Assembly: GCA_943356395.1 (NCBI GenBank)
Contig: CALRFC010000001.1
Location: 1 to 36,665 of the forward strand
Direction: 5' to 3'
DNA from: Candidatus Nomurabacteria bacterium
GTDB lineage: Bacteria; Patescibacteriota; Minisyncoccia; Phycocordibacterales; UBA9973
DNA: 36,665 nt
Shown here one piece after another: positions 17,461 to 27,421 of the stretch. Position 1 is the first letter of the stretch; the number at the start of each line of letters is the position of its first letter. Both the position numbers and the translations under genes were made by a program. The notes under the pieces are model-generated. The model was not told the origin of the DNA, did no database searches, and worked only from the letters and a program-made list of their open reading frames with translations.

Positions 17461-18819
17461 ATGACTTTTCCTTCGCTTGAAAAATTAAACAAAGCATTAC
17501 TACTCGGTGCGCTCGTTGCTCTCATTTATCGCGTGAGCAATTTCTGCAATACTTTTTTGCCGAAGCCGTTCGAACTGGTCCTTGCTCTTGTTGCGCTCAT
17601 TACGCTCTTTGAAATAATAAAGAATCGAAATAGGATAAGCGAATTTTGGTTTTCTGTTCCTAAAACTGTTCGCATAGCTTCAATCCTTCTCGTTGGATCT
17701 GTTCTTTTTGGCTGGGTATTTGCAATTTTTATCTTAGGCATACCAGTGAGTCCGAATTCGATACTCGAATTCGGCACATTCGGCATATCCTTGCTTTCTT
17801 TCATTCTCATCATTATTCATACTCATAATGATACGGCGCAAGCAAGAAGGTATTTTTACGCTCTCATCTTGCCCGTGTGCTACGGCATCGTCATCATCTT
17901 TCCAGCTATCGCGTATTATTTCGGACTCGTGCCATTCGACAATTTTGCTGGGTGGACGCTCAATGTGAACACCGTGGCAAAGACACTGCTTCTTCCGGCA
18001 ATCTTTTTTGTCGCCAAATCACTTTTTGAAAATCAGAATCAATGGCGCAAGTTTACATACATATCGCTCTCCGCCATCACCATCGCTCTCATTTTCTGGA
18101 CGGCTTCGCGCGGGGGGATTTTGAGCTTGAGTATCGGCGTATTTGTCGCATGGATAATTTTTATCGCTCGAGATTTTAATTGGCGAAAAATATTTTCGAG
18201 CGCCGGCATCATTTTTTGTATCTTTTTTTTCGGTTTCATTCTCACGCCTCGGGTCGGGATGAAAGCTCTGCTCGGGCGATTTTCCACGCACAGCGTTCCG
18301 GAAGCTGTCTATTCTTTTTTTCGCGGCGATCTCTCTTCTGTTGCCGGTGCATCAAGTCTTGCCATAAAGAATAAGAATTTTGCAGTTCCGGGCAGCGTTT
18401 GCGACATAGCAAAATCTTTGCCTGACGTATATTCCAGAGCCGCTCACCCGGAGCCGGAAACGCGCCTCAAGATATGGCCATTTTACCTAAGACACTCTTT
18501 CTCCACTCCTTCCGGCATAGGTCCCAATACACACTTGCAATTCGATTTGACGGACAAGAATGGAAATTATGTCGTCACCGGTCCGCACAATACATATATT
18601 CAAGTTTTGTTCTGGGGAGGGTTTTCAGGAATTACAGCTTTTCTAATTATTATTTTTTTGGCGCTAAAGCGCATGCGCGAGCGAGTGCGCACCGAGTTTA
18701 CGAGTATTACCATTGCACTCTTTTCCGTATTGATAGCTCTTTCCGTTTCGATCATGTTCGATGACAGCCTCTCTTTCTATTGGTTTTTCATCATTCTCGG
18801 GCTATCATTCAGGATATGA
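17461..18819 (+). CDS. Second Wzy_C / O-antigen polymerase-ligase-like polytopic membrane protein
   Basis: 452 aa, multi-TM, with WTASRGGILSL and GPHNTYIQVLFWGGFSG motifs. Confidence 0.8.
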   Translation: MTFPSLEKLNKALLLGALVALIYRVSNFCNTFLPKPFELVLALVALITLFEIIKNRNRISEFWFSVPKTVRIASILLVGSVLFGWVFAIFILGIPVSPNSILEFGTFGISLLSFILIIIHTHNDTAQARRYFYALILPVCYGIVIIFPAIAYYFGLVPFDNFAGWTLNVNTVAKTLLLPAIFFVAKSLFENQNQWRKFTYISLSAITIALIFWTASRGGILSLSIGVFVAWIIFIARDFNWRKIFSSAGIIFCIFFFGFILTPRVGMKALLGRFSTHSVPEAVYSFFRGDLSSVAGASSLAIKNKNFAVPGSVCDIAKSLPDVYSRAAHPEPETRLKIWPFYLRHSFSTPSGIGPNTHLQFDLTDKNGNYVVTGPHNTYIQVLFWGGFSGITAFLIIIFLALKRMRERVRTEFTSITIALFSVLIALSVSIMFDDSLSFYWFFIILGLSFRI

Positions 18820-19637
18820 TTAATTCTCCGTCTGTTACCATAATACTTCCCGCGTACAACGGCGCGCGATGGATCAAGAAAGCCTTGAAGAGCGCTCTTT
18901 CTCAGTCTTTCAGAGATTTTGAATTAATAGTCATCAACGACGGATCGACAGACACAACGGAAGAGGTTGTACTTACTCTCGCTAAAGAGGATGGCAGAAT
19001 ACTCTATGTAAAGAATGAACATAATATCGGAATACAAAAAACTCGCAATCGTGCACTTGATTTTGCTAAAGGAGAATTTATTGCGGAGATTGATCAGGAC
19101 GATGAGTGGATAGATACCAACAAACTCGAGAAGCAGATCGATTTTCTCAGGCAGCACGGAGACCATGTTCTTTCCGGAACAGGAGCCGTTGTTGTGGATG
19201 ATACTGGTCGTGAGATATCCAGATATCTCATGCCGCTTTCTGATCGAGATATCCGAAAAAAGATTCTACGCGCAAACTGTTTCATCCATTCGAGTGTCGT
19301 TTACAGGAAAAAATCGGTCAAAGATATCGGAGGCTACACTCCGGAAAAGATGTCGGAGGATCATGATTTATGGTTGCGGCTTGGCAGGATAGGGAAGTTC
19401 ATGAATTTTCCCGACTACTCTGTGCGGTATCTTTTTAGCGCCGGAGGGTATAATTCACAGAACAAAACAGTACGTCTGAAACAGAATATCGAGAACGCTT
19501 TCGAGCACAAGAATTTTTATCCGAATTATTGGCAGGCGGTCGTACTAGGATGGGGGAAGATAATTTTTTATCCACTCTTCAATTTAATGCCCAAAAAAAT
19601 TCAAGGTATGTTTTTGAAATTGCACAAGAAAATCTAG
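18816..19637 (+). CDS. GT2-family glycosyltransferase
   Basis: VTIILPAYNG...SQSFRDFELIVINDGSTD...EIDQDDEW. The ATG at 18816 overlaps the upstream TGA (ATGA coupling). Confidence 0.9.
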   Translation: MINSPSVTIILPAYNGARWIKKALKSALSQSFRDFELIVINDGSTDTTEEVVLTLAKEDGRILYVKNEHNIGIQKTRNRALDFAKGEFIAEIDQDDEWIDTNKLEKQIDFLRQHGDHVLSGTGAVVVDDTGREISRYLMPLSDRDIRKKILRANCFIHSSVVYRKKSVKDIGGYTPEKMSEDHDLWLRLGRIGKFMNFPDYSVRYLFSAGGYNSQNKTVRLKQNIENAFEHKNFYPNYWQAVVLGWGKIIFYPLFNLMPKKIQGMFLKLHKKI

Positions 19638-20593
19638 CGCACGCGTCCGGCAGAGATGTATTCCTCACAAACTTTTTTAAGCTGTTCTTCCACGGGAAAA
19701 CTAGTTTGAAAACCAAGCGTATCTGTAATCTTTTTCTGCGAATAGACGCTCTTGTTCGCGAGCGCTTTCAGTCTGGAAAAAGTGAGCGGATTTTTTTTGC
19801 CTGCTACCGCGCACAAGAGCGTTGCCATGATGACCGCGAGGTATGCGACGGGGTAGGGGATGGTCAGAGTCTTTTTCGTCACCGCCGGCGGAAGATTTTT
19901 CACCAGCGCGTTCATTTTTCTGTAGGAGATCGGCGTATTCACGATGTAGATGCCTCCGGACACAGTGTCGGCTTCGGCGAGCATTTGCATCGCTTTTGTC
20001 ACTTCATCGATATGAACGATGTTGCAAATCCCTTCCCCTATATTCATGAAAGAGCCGTTGCGCATGCTTTTGAGCAGTTGGAAAAAACTGTTTTTGGCAT
20101 ATTTTTTCCCGCCGAAGATGACCGTCGGGCGGAGTATGTGCGCGCGCAATCCTTCCTTCACCGCACCTGCCACGATCTCTTCGGCAGCGTATTTCGTTCT
20201 TTCGTATGCATTTTGCGGATGGCATGGCGTTGTTTCGTCCAACACACGCTCTCTCGTTTCCCCGATCACTCCCGCGCTCGACAGATGGATCAGTTTGCAA
20301 TTATTCTTGAGCGCAAGCGCGACGATATTTTTCGTGCCCTCGATATTAACCTTTTCCATCTCATCGGGCTTATCGATCGCTCCTGCGCAATGGTATATGG
20401 TTTCTATTCCGGACGGCAAAGAGATCGGAGCTGTGATGTCTCCCACAATAATTCTTATGTTTTCTTCATCTGAAAAAATCTCAGTTTCTTTTCTCGTGAG
20501 CGCATATACAGCGCATCCTTTTTGGGCGAGAGATCTTGAAAGATTCTCTCCGACAAATCCTGTCGCTCCGGTAACCAAGATTTTTTCAGTCAT
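19634..20593 (-). CDS. NAD-dependent sugar epimerase/dehydratase (extended SDR)
   Basis: Start at ATG 20593 (MTEKILVTGATGFVGENL). YERTKYAAE catalytic motif. The upstream part of the track ORF overlaps the preceding gene. Confidence 0.85.
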   Translation of the reverse strand: MTEKILVTGATGFVGENLSRSLAQKGCAVYALTRKETEIFSDEENIRIIVGDITAPISLPSGIETIYHCAGAIDKPDEMEKVNIEGTKNIVALALKNNCKLIHLSSAGVIGETRERVLDETTPCHPQNAYERTKYAAEEIVAGAVKEGLRAHILRPTVIFGGKKYAKNSFFQLLKSMRNGSFMNIGEGICNIVHIDEVTKAMQMLAEADTVSGGIYIVNTPISYRKMNALVKNLPPAVTKKTLTIPYPVAYLAVIMATLLCAVAGKKNPLTFSRLKALANKSVYSQKKITDTLGFQTSFPVEEQLKKVCEEYISAGRVR

Positions 20594-20594
20594 A

Positions 20595-22238
20595 TTATTT
20601 GAACAATCTATTATATTTGTCTTTGTTCTCGAGAACATATTTCGGCAAACCGCTTTCATCGGTGCGGTATTTTGATTTTCTTCCCAAGTAATCGCTCTTG
20701 CCGAATCTCGCGTCGAGATTTTTCTGCACATCGTCGGTATTGTAGCTTTCTTTCGTGTATGAATCGTTGAGTTTTCTGCGTATTTCATCGACGCCCCCCA
20801 TGTTTGTGAAATGCCAGCCGCCATTCTCGACATATGAATATCTTGTCTTACTCTTCGTTCGCAGATGGTTGAGGCAGGCATTTTTTATATTTTTATACTT
20901 TGTCGCCATAGTGCCCGCCCATGGTTCATCAGATATATTGTTCAGATAGTATGTTGACACTCGCTGTCTTAATTTGAAGATATCGTCTTTCGTATAGTCG
21001 AAAAACGCAGCCGGATCCCATATCTCATCGGCGTCCCCGATAAAGCAGATGTCGTCGTCGTTGATCCCAACAAGCGCTTTCTTGATGCTTTCTTTCTGAT
21101 AGAACTCTCGCCGCCAGTGCTCCGGTCCGCCCTTCGGCACATTGGAGCTTGCATCGGCTAATTCGCAGATATATTCGTCGTTCGGATAATCATCTATAAC
21201 GAAGTGCTCTATCTTATCCGAAAAATCCGAAAAACGAGCTTTTTGTTCTTCGAAATAAATTGGTTTTTTCAGACCTGAAAAAGTTGTCGGAGCTTCGACA
21301 ATGATGAAGCGGTCTACGAAAGGGTAGAGGATGTTCAAACGGATTTCCAAAATATCCGCCTCGCCGTTGTAAGTGAAGATATCGTAAATTTTTATCTTTT
21401 TCCGATATTCTTCAATTTCTCCTTTTGTCGCAGACTCTTTTTTTTTCGCCGAAAGCGCATCTCTGAAAGAGAGAATTTTCTGCGCCAGCATATTTTTTGT
21501 ATGAATTATTCTCCCGCGCGCTTTTCCGACAAATCTTTTGAAAAGGACCAATGCAGAATGTTTTTTCATCGGCGGAGCGTCGTATGCTTCGCTTCCGTCA
21601 TATTTTTTTATAAAAGCGATGCTCCGATAGAGATGTATGTATTCTATGCTCTTTTCCCACCAGTCCATTTCACCAATTTTTTTGTTCTGATATACATGAT
21701 CTTTCCTGATATTTTTAATTTCTGCGAGTCCGCATTTGCCGTTGGAATTGACGAGATCAAGCATCTCTTTCAAGCGATCCATAAAAGCCGTGCCGCCGTC
21801 GGCGAGCTCCGGCCAATACACGCAATGTATGTCTTCAACGACATACAAGCCTCCTTTTGAAAGGAGGGGAAACATAAAGTCCATCGTTATCTTCATGTCA
21901 TTGCTGTTGTGCGATCCGTCGTCGATGATGATATCGAACGGCCCGTGATCGTCATTGAGTTTCTTCAAGAAGGCCGTATCGCTCTGACTGCCGCGCACCG
22001 GAATGATACGATCCTCGGCGAACTCTGCGCACGGCGCGATATCGATGCCGACGATCGTGGCGTTCGGAAAGTACTCTTTCCATGTCTTGAGCGAATAGCC
22101 GTTTTGGATCCCTATCTCCAAAATTTTCAGCTTTTCATTTCTTAAGGCATCGAAATACTTCTCGTATTTTTCCGTGTAATTATGAAGCTCGCTTGATTTG
22201 TCCGTATTGTATTTTAATGCAATTTCGTCGAGTGTCAT
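20595..22238 (-). CDS. Fusion protein: N-terminal class I SAM-methyltransferase-like domain plus C-terminal GT17-like (GnT-III family) glycosyltransferase domain
   Basis: N-terminus: YNTDKSSELHNYTEKYEKYF, LEIGIQNGYSL, IIIDDGSH, LYVVED. C-terminus: IYDIFTYNGEADILEIRLNILYPFVDRFIIVEA, GDADEIWDP, GGWHFTNMGG. Confidence 0.75.
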   Translation of the reverse strand: MTLDEIALKYNTDKSSELHNYTEKYEKYFDALRNEKLKILEIGIQNGYSLKTWKEYFPNATIVGIDIAPCAEFAEDRIIPVRGSQSDTAFLKKLNDDHGPFDIIIDDGSHNSNDMKITMDFMFPLLSKGGLYVVEDIHCVYWPELADGGTAFMDRLKEMLDLVNSNGKCGLAEIKNIRKDHVYQNKKIGEMDWWEKSIEYIHLYRSIAFIKKYDGSEAYDAPPMKKHSALVLFKRFVGKARGRIIHTKNMLAQKILSFRDALSAKKKESATKGEIEEYRKKIKIYDIFTYNGEADILEIRLNILYPFVDRFIIVEAPTTFSGLKKPIYFEEQKARFSDFSDKIEHFVIDDYPNDEYICELADASSNVPKGGPEHWRREFYQKESIKKALVGINDDDICFIGDADEIWDPAAFFDYTKDDIFKLRQRVSTYYLNNISDEPWAGTMATKYKNIKNACLNHLRTKSKTRYSYVENGGWHFTNMGGVDEIRRKLNDSYTKESYNTDDVQKNLDARFGKSDYLGRKSKYRTDESGLPKYVLENKDKYNRLFK

Positions 22239-22247
22239 GTTTCTGTA

Positions 22248-23948
22248 TTATATGTATATTTTGCCGATGCACAAGGAGATTTTGCGGATCAGTTTTTCCA
22301 GCATGAACATATCCTTGCCGGAAGCGATTTCCTTTATTCCATTCTCGTCGAGCGGCTTTTGGATGTCCGGGTTGAGTTCTCCGTCTTTCGTCCAGAGCGT
22401 GTAGAGCGCCCGTTCGACCAAATGCGCTTCGCCCGCAAGTTGGTCGTGCGAAATGATCAGGCGCAGATTTTCGTAGACAATTTTCGGTATTTTCAGAATC
22501 GTGGCTTTCGGCACGATGTAATTGCCACCCGGAGCGAACGGCACATAGAGCGGCATTGTAGGATTCTTGTACAAAAATCGCAGAAAGTGGCCGTAGGAAT
22601 TGAAATATGTGTTCTTGAAGTGCTTCAGATACCAGCTCGTGTTGATCTCATGGAAGATGTTTCCTGCCCGAATGCCGGAGGCAGGCGGGGATGAGAAAAA
22701 GGACAACGGGAAGCGAAAGCGGTGCAATCGCTTGTCGACGAGCGGCATGAACGAAGCGCTGTTCATCACGCGCTCGAACTCCTCGCGGCGCATATGACGC
22801 GGGAAAATATTGCCTTTAACGAAGATCGTGCAGTCGGGCAGATTCTCGTAGTTATCTATTATGAATGTAAAGTAATCATACAAATTATATCCAATATTAG
22901 GGGCTTGGATAACTTTTTTCAAATCTATTTTTTCAGGCAGTATTGGGTTCTCGCTTCGGTCGTAGATCATATAATTGTCCGTATATTCCGGCACCCATCG
23001 CACATCGTTGTTGTAATTCGATACGACCAGAAAATTATTTTCTATTTTGGGAATTGAAAACCACTTCGCATGATTTTTCATATATTCGCTAAATTCACTC
23101 ATGCACGAATCGTAATCGCTCAAGTTTCCATTCCGATCCTGATACATGAATCCGCGAGTGAGATTCTGCCCCATGCTCCAGTAGCCGTCGGAAATATTGT
23201 GCCGCGCCCAATACTTCGGTGCGATGCAGTATTTCAGGTTTTCATTGAGCCACGCTGGGAACCACGCGAAGCTTGAGTTCGACAGGATGAGATAATGAGC
23301 GTTGTTGATGATGCTATAATCTTTCGCGATACTGAAATGGAAAACTTCGTGTTCCGGAAAGAATCTCTGTGCCGAAGAGGTGTCGTCTGTGATGACGACG
23401 AAACGGAAGCGGGGATTGATCTTCCGCATGTTCTTGATCGCATCGTTCCAATATCTTTTCGACAAGAAAAGTTCCGGATGCCTCGTGTATTCTCCGCCGC
23501 GGAAATTGATGATGCATATATTTTCGTCTGCGTAATCGCGACAATCACATTCATTCTTGATCGTGAGCCACCGCTTAATCTCACCTTTCCGGTGCGCGAA
23601 GTAGCGTTCGTCCTGCATGAGGCCTTCCAGCTTGGTACTGTCGAGAACGGTTGTCAGATCTTCGTCGTACAGGCGGATATCGGCGCCGTTTTCCGGATGA
23701 GTGGCCCGCCTCTCGCAGTAATAATGCCTGATCTCTTCCGGCAGTGTCCGCGGCGGACCGCCCTCGGGGCCGCTGCCGCCCAAGACTTCGCGTCCGAAAT
23801 CCAGATCCAAAAAATCCGCACCCTTGAAGCGTTCCCCATGCATGATGCCGAAATCATATCCGCGGTCGAGCGCGATGACTCTGGTCGTTATGTAGACCGC
23901 CAGCTGATTGCCCAATCCTTGTCCTTTATATAATTCCGTGACGATCAT
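22248..23948 (-). CDS. Fusion protein: N-terminal GT11-like domain plus a C-terminal domain resembling DUF3431
   Basis: N-terminus: GQGLGNQLAVY, NFRGGEY, SNSSFAWFPAWL. C-terminus: YDYFTFIIDNYENLPDCTIFVKGNIFPRH, recalled as DUF3431-like by eye. Confidence 0.65.
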   Translation of the reverse strand: MIVTELYKGQGLGNQLAVYITTRVIALDRGYDFGIMHGERFKGADFLDLDFGREVLGGSGPEGGPPRTLPEEIRHYYCERRATHPENGADIRLYDEDLTTVLDSTKLEGLMQDERYFAHRKGEIKRWLTIKNECDCRDYADENICIINFRGGEYTRHPELFLSKRYWNDAIKNMRKINPRFRFVVITDDTSSAQRFFPEHEVFHFSIAKDYSIINNAHYLILSNSSFAWFPAWLNENLKYCIAPKYWARHNISDGYWSMGQNLTRGFMYQDRNGNLSDYDSCMSEFSEYMKNHAKWFSIPKIENNFLVVSNYNNDVRWVPEYTDNYMIYDRSENPILPEKIDLKKVIQAPNIGYNLYDYFTFIIDNYENLPDCTIFVKGNIFPRHMRREEFERVMNSASFMPLVDKRLHRFRFPLSFFSSPPASGIRAGNIFHEINTSWYLKHFKNTYFNSYGHFLRFLYKNPTMPLYVPFAPGGNYIVPKATILKIPKIVYENLRLIISHDQLAGEAHLVERALYTLWTKDGELNPDIQKPLDENGIKEIASGKDMFMLEKLIRKISLCIGKIYI

Positions 23949-24634
23949 AGCTTCTTTTTTAAAAATTTCGTTATTTTCTTTCGCATGAATTCAATAAAAT
24001 TCTTCCGGCTATTGTGAAAACCAAAGGGATACTTTTCTGAATCGTCGCACCAGCGCTCTCTACTGAAGAGCGAGGCGATCTCGACCGGCGCGAAGAGTAT
24101 GCCGTTTTCTTCAAGCGTCTTGCGATAATATACGCACAAAACGCCATCCTCATGAAAAAAACCTGTTCCATTGTCGGTGAATGGCAGATTTAGATTTGCT
24201 AGTATATTCAACAATTTCTTGCTTCGGAAAGAAAAGCCGCCATTGCCGACACGGATATTTCTTCCTGTTTCGTCAAAATGGGCATTTTTCGGCCATGGTG
24301 CGCCGATGTAATCATATTCGAAGAATCGGTCATCCCATTTGTTCGGCCGGAGCACATAGCCGTCGTTTTGTACGATTAACACAAAATCGGTCCGTATGCA
24401 GTCTTTCAATCTGTAAAGCACAAAATGATTGTATCCTTTGTAATCCAATTTTTCGACGGCAATTACTTTTATGCCGAATTCATCGAGCGAATATTTTTCG
24501 TGCGTGATGAGAATGCTTTCGGCATACGCTACGCCGCGCATGCTTTTTTTAAGCGCGGAAATCGTTTCCTCCACTTTCGTGCAAGCGATCGCGCAAAGCG
24601 TGACATTTGGCAAGTTGAGCGTTTTCATTTCCAA
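23945..24634 (-). CDS. DUF5672-like protein (putative glycan-modifying enzyme)
   Basis: IGAPWP...VGNGGFSFRSKKLL motif. Start and stop overlap the neighbouring genes. Confidence 0.7.
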   Translation of the reverse strand: MEMKTLNLPNVTLCAIACTKVEETISALKKSMRGVAYAESILITHEKYSLDEFGIKVIAVEKLDYKGYNHFVLYRLKDCIRTDFVLIVQNDGYVLRPNKWDDRFFEYDYIGAPWPKNAHFDETGRNIRVGNGGFSFRSKKLLNILANLNLPFTDNGTGFFHEDGVLCVYYRKTLEENGILFAPVEIASLFSRERWCDDSEKYPFGFHNSRKNFIEFMRKKITKFLKKKL

Positions 24635-25638
24635 AAACTATACATATTTTTTTCCACTTCATATTCCATTTGTTTCGATTCTCGTTTTGGCTGTTGCTGT
24701 GCCCAAGCGAACATTTCCCGAATAGTCGATTCTATGTCTGTATTATCTTTGAAATCCAGAAGTTTCTTCGCTTTGCCGTGGTCGCAATACGCATCTTTGA
24801 CTTCCATCCTGCCTTCAACATGTTTTATCTCTGCGTTGTGTCCGTGTTCGATCCCGATTTTCTGAACTAATGCCGCTATGGTATTCAAATCATACTCGCG
24901 ATCCGCGCCCAGGTTGAAAATCTCTTCGTCAAAGCCTTCCATCAATTTCTCAAATGCTTCCAGATAAAATGCGATATCGGAAAAAGCTCTTTTTTGCGTT
25001 CCGTCTCCGTATACCAATATAGGATCGCCGGCGAGGGCATTCCTAATCCAGATGCCGATGACATTCCTGTATTTATCCCAGATATTTTGATAGATGCCGA
25101 TGACATTATGAGGCCGTACGATGCTGTAATTCAGGCCGAACTGTTCATATGCCTGTTTGAGATCCATTTCCACCGCATATTTTGCGATGCCATACGGGTC
25201 GGCGGGCGACGGCGTTTGATTTTCTTTGAACGGAGGAGTGCCGTGACCATAAACCGCCATGGAAGATGTAAAAATTATTTTTTTTGTTCCATGCGTTATG
25301 CATGCATTGATGACATTGACCGAGCAGATAAGGTTGTTCGTATAATTGAAATTTCGAATGAACGGCGAAAGGCCTTCCGCCGCATAGGCGGCAAAATGAT
25401 ATACATATTCGGGCTTGTGCTCGGAAAATATTTTTTCCAACGCATTCTTGTCTGCCAAATCAATGTCGTAAAAATTCTCTTCCACAATCAATCTCTTGTC
25501 CATATAATCCGCGTATCCGCCGGAGAGATTGTCTATCCCAACCACATCGTACCCCTTATCTAAAAGATGTCTGGAAAAATGCGCGCCCAAAAGTCCTGCG
25601 ACGCCTGTGATCAGTATCTTTGTTTTTTGGTCATTCAT
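24625..25638 (-). CDS. NAD-dependent nucleotide-sugar epimerase/dehydratase (extended SDR)
   Basis: KILITGVAGLLGAHFSRHLLDKGYDVVGIDNLSGG, SSMAVYG, YGIAKYAVE. Confidence 0.88.
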   Translation of the reverse strand: MNDQKTKILITGVAGLLGAHFSRHLLDKGYDVVGIDNLSGGYADYMDKRLIVEENFYDIDLADKNALEKIFSEHKPEYVYHFAAYAAEGLSPFIRNFNYTNNLICSVNVINACITHGTKKIIFTSSMAVYGHGTPPFKENQTPSPADPYGIAKYAVEMDLKQAYEQFGLNYSIVRPHNVIGIYQNIWDKYRNVIGIWIRNALAGDPILVYGDGTQKRAFSDIAFYLEAFEKLMEGFDEEIFNLGADREYDLNTIAALVQKIGIEHGHNAEIKHVEGRMEVKDAYCDHGKAKKLLDFKDNTDIESTIREMFAWAQQQPKRESKQMEYEVEKNMYSFWK

Positions 25639-26260
25639 AGTCTTTAGGGATTAGGAGCATGCCAATCTTCGCATTATATTCATCGACACTATTTTCTTGC
25701 ACATCCGGGCGTGTCCGTTTTGCTAGGTCGAGAACGGTTTTGCGACCGGTTCCTAGATATCGGAAGTCACTGGTCATCCTGTCCCATGCCTTGATTCTTT
25801 CCGCAAGGATTTTTGCGATCACATCGACATAATCCCCCTGAGTATACTGGTCTCCATAGGCGAAAGGGAATGGAAAGGGATTTGGTTTGAAAAATGTACG
25901 GAAAATCAAGTGTTTAGGATGAGTTTTTACTATTTCCTCGCCGAGTTGCTTCGTTAAAGCATAAACACCGAGGGGGTCCTTGCAGTATTCAGATGAGATA
26001 TAGACGAAGGGCGTGTCTCGGTATCTTTCCACCATGTTCCATGTGCCGACAACATTCGTATCGAAACACTTCTTACGCTCGCGTTCCCCTTTGACAACAT
26101 CCGTGTATGCGCCCATATGGACTATTAGATCATACTTTTTATTGGGGATATTATCTGCGCATATGAAATCCCAATGTTCGATGCCCACATACTCGCCCTC
26201 AAGATGCTTCTTTAATTCTGCAGCGAGCCGTCCAGTGCCGCCGGTGATTAATATCGTCAT
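25631..26260 (-). CDS. Short Rossmann-fold nucleotide-sugar reductase/epimerase-like protein
   Basis: MTILITGGTGRLAAEL, SSEY...YALTKQLGE (YxxxK). Confidence 0.65.
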   Translation of the reverse strand: MTILITGGTGRLAAELKKHLEGEYVGIEHWDFICADNIPNKKYDLIVHMGAYTDVVKGERERKKCFDTNVVGTWNMVERYRDTPFVYISSEYCKDPLGVYALTKQLGEEIVKTHPKHLIFRTFFKPNPFPFPFAYGDQYTQGDYVDVIAKILAERIKAWDRMTSDFRYLGTGRKTVLDLAKRTRPDVQENSVDEYNAKIGMLLIPKDYE

Positions 26261-26286
26261 AAAAAAGATTATGCCATAGCGGCTGT

Positions 26287-27390
26287 TTAAGAAATATTTT
26301 TCTCGGAATTTTTTCCAGATGTATAAAAATCTCGTACGGTCTTGATAATATGCTTAATCTCCTCATCTGTGAGCGCATTGTGAACAGGGAGCGAGAGAAG
26401 CTTCTGCCACACAGCATCGGTAATCGGGAGCGGTCGCTTCACAGCTTTTTTCCAATATGTCATCTCCGAGAGAGGCTTGAAATGGACGGAAGTGGCGATA
26501 CCGTTCTCTGCCAGAAATTCCGAGAGCTCATCGCGTCGTTCGCATGACATCGTATAGTACTGGACCGTATGCGAGTATTCAGGCACCTTAATCTCTTGGA
26601 TGTTTTTAAACGCCTCGTTGTACGCGGCCTGAATTTCTCGACGGCGGGCATTCGTTTCTTCGAGTCTGCGCAATTGTCCGAGTCCGACAATGGCTTGCAC
26701 ATCAGTCATGTACGCCTTAATGCCTTGGCTTTGGGTGATGTCATAATCCCAAGTATATTTTTTCTTGTCGACGCGATCGTAAGTGGATTTTTCTACGCCG
26801 AGCCATGTGAGCGTGCGAAGCTTCTTATAAATCGCCTCGTCATTCGTCGTAATAGCTCCGCCGTCCCACATGGGCATGGATTTTACTGCTTGGAAAGACC
26901 ACACGGTTATATCGGCATCTTTGCCCGCTCCGGGAGTATACATCGCATGTGCGGCGTCTTCAATGATGAGTCCTTTGAATTTTTTTCGGATACCGGATAC
27001 ATCAGCCAACCTCCCGTGAGAATCAACGGTAATAACCGCTTTTGTCTTGTCTGTGATGACCAGAGAATCCGGATCGAGGCAGAGAGTTTTCGGATCGATG
27101 TCCGCGAATGTCACATCCATGTCATTCCACTCTCCAACAATGGCATCGGAGACGAATGTCATCGGCGTCGTGATAAGTTCGCCGCCCGTAATGTTGTGTG
27201 CTTTCAGGCACAAATCCAGTGCCGATGTGCCGGAATTCGTGGCTATGCAATATTTCGCGCCAACATATTTGGCAAAGCTTTGTTCGAATTCTTGAGTTTT
27301 TGGGCCGAATCCCCACCAGCCACTGTCGAGCACCTCCAACAATTCTTTTTTAGTCCGTTCGTCGATCGTCGGTTTTAATACTGGTATCAT
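26287..27390 (-). CDS. DegT/DnrJ/EryC1/StrS-family PLP-dependent sugar aminotransferase
   Basis: FEQSFAKYVGAKYCIATNSGTSAL, IIEDAAHA, SFQAVKSMP (PLP lysine). Confidence 0.92.
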   Translation of the reverse strand: MIPVLKPTIDERTKKELLEVLDSGWWGFGPKTQEFEQSFAKYVGAKYCIATNSGTSALDLCLKAHNITGGELITTPMTFVSDAIVGEWNDMDVTFADIDPKTLCLDPDSLVITDKTKAVITVDSHGRLADVSGIRKKFKGLIIEDAAHAMYTPGAGKDADITVWSFQAVKSMPMWDGGAITTNDEAIYKKLRTLTWLGVEKSTYDRVDKKKYTWDYDITQSQGIKAYMTDVQAIVGLGQLRRLEETNARRREIQAAYNEAFKNIQEIKVPEYSHTVQYYTMSCERRDELSEFLAENGIATSVHFKPLSEMTYWKKAVKRPLPITDAVWQKLLSLPVHNALTDEEIKHIIKTVRDFYTSGKNSEKNIS

Positions 27391-27421
27391 AATAGTTTTT
27401 ATATAATATAAGCAGTAAGCA

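Noticed and set aside
19529-20675. Long plus-strand ORFs (19529-20473, 20019-20675) and other antisense ORFs in the track (for example 3279-4206, 5054-6374, 13981-14550, 26569-27378, 28305-29366)
   Set aside because: All lie antisense to or overlap genes with clear family signatures. They are Arg/Ser/His-rich translations typical of the reverse strand of coding DNA.
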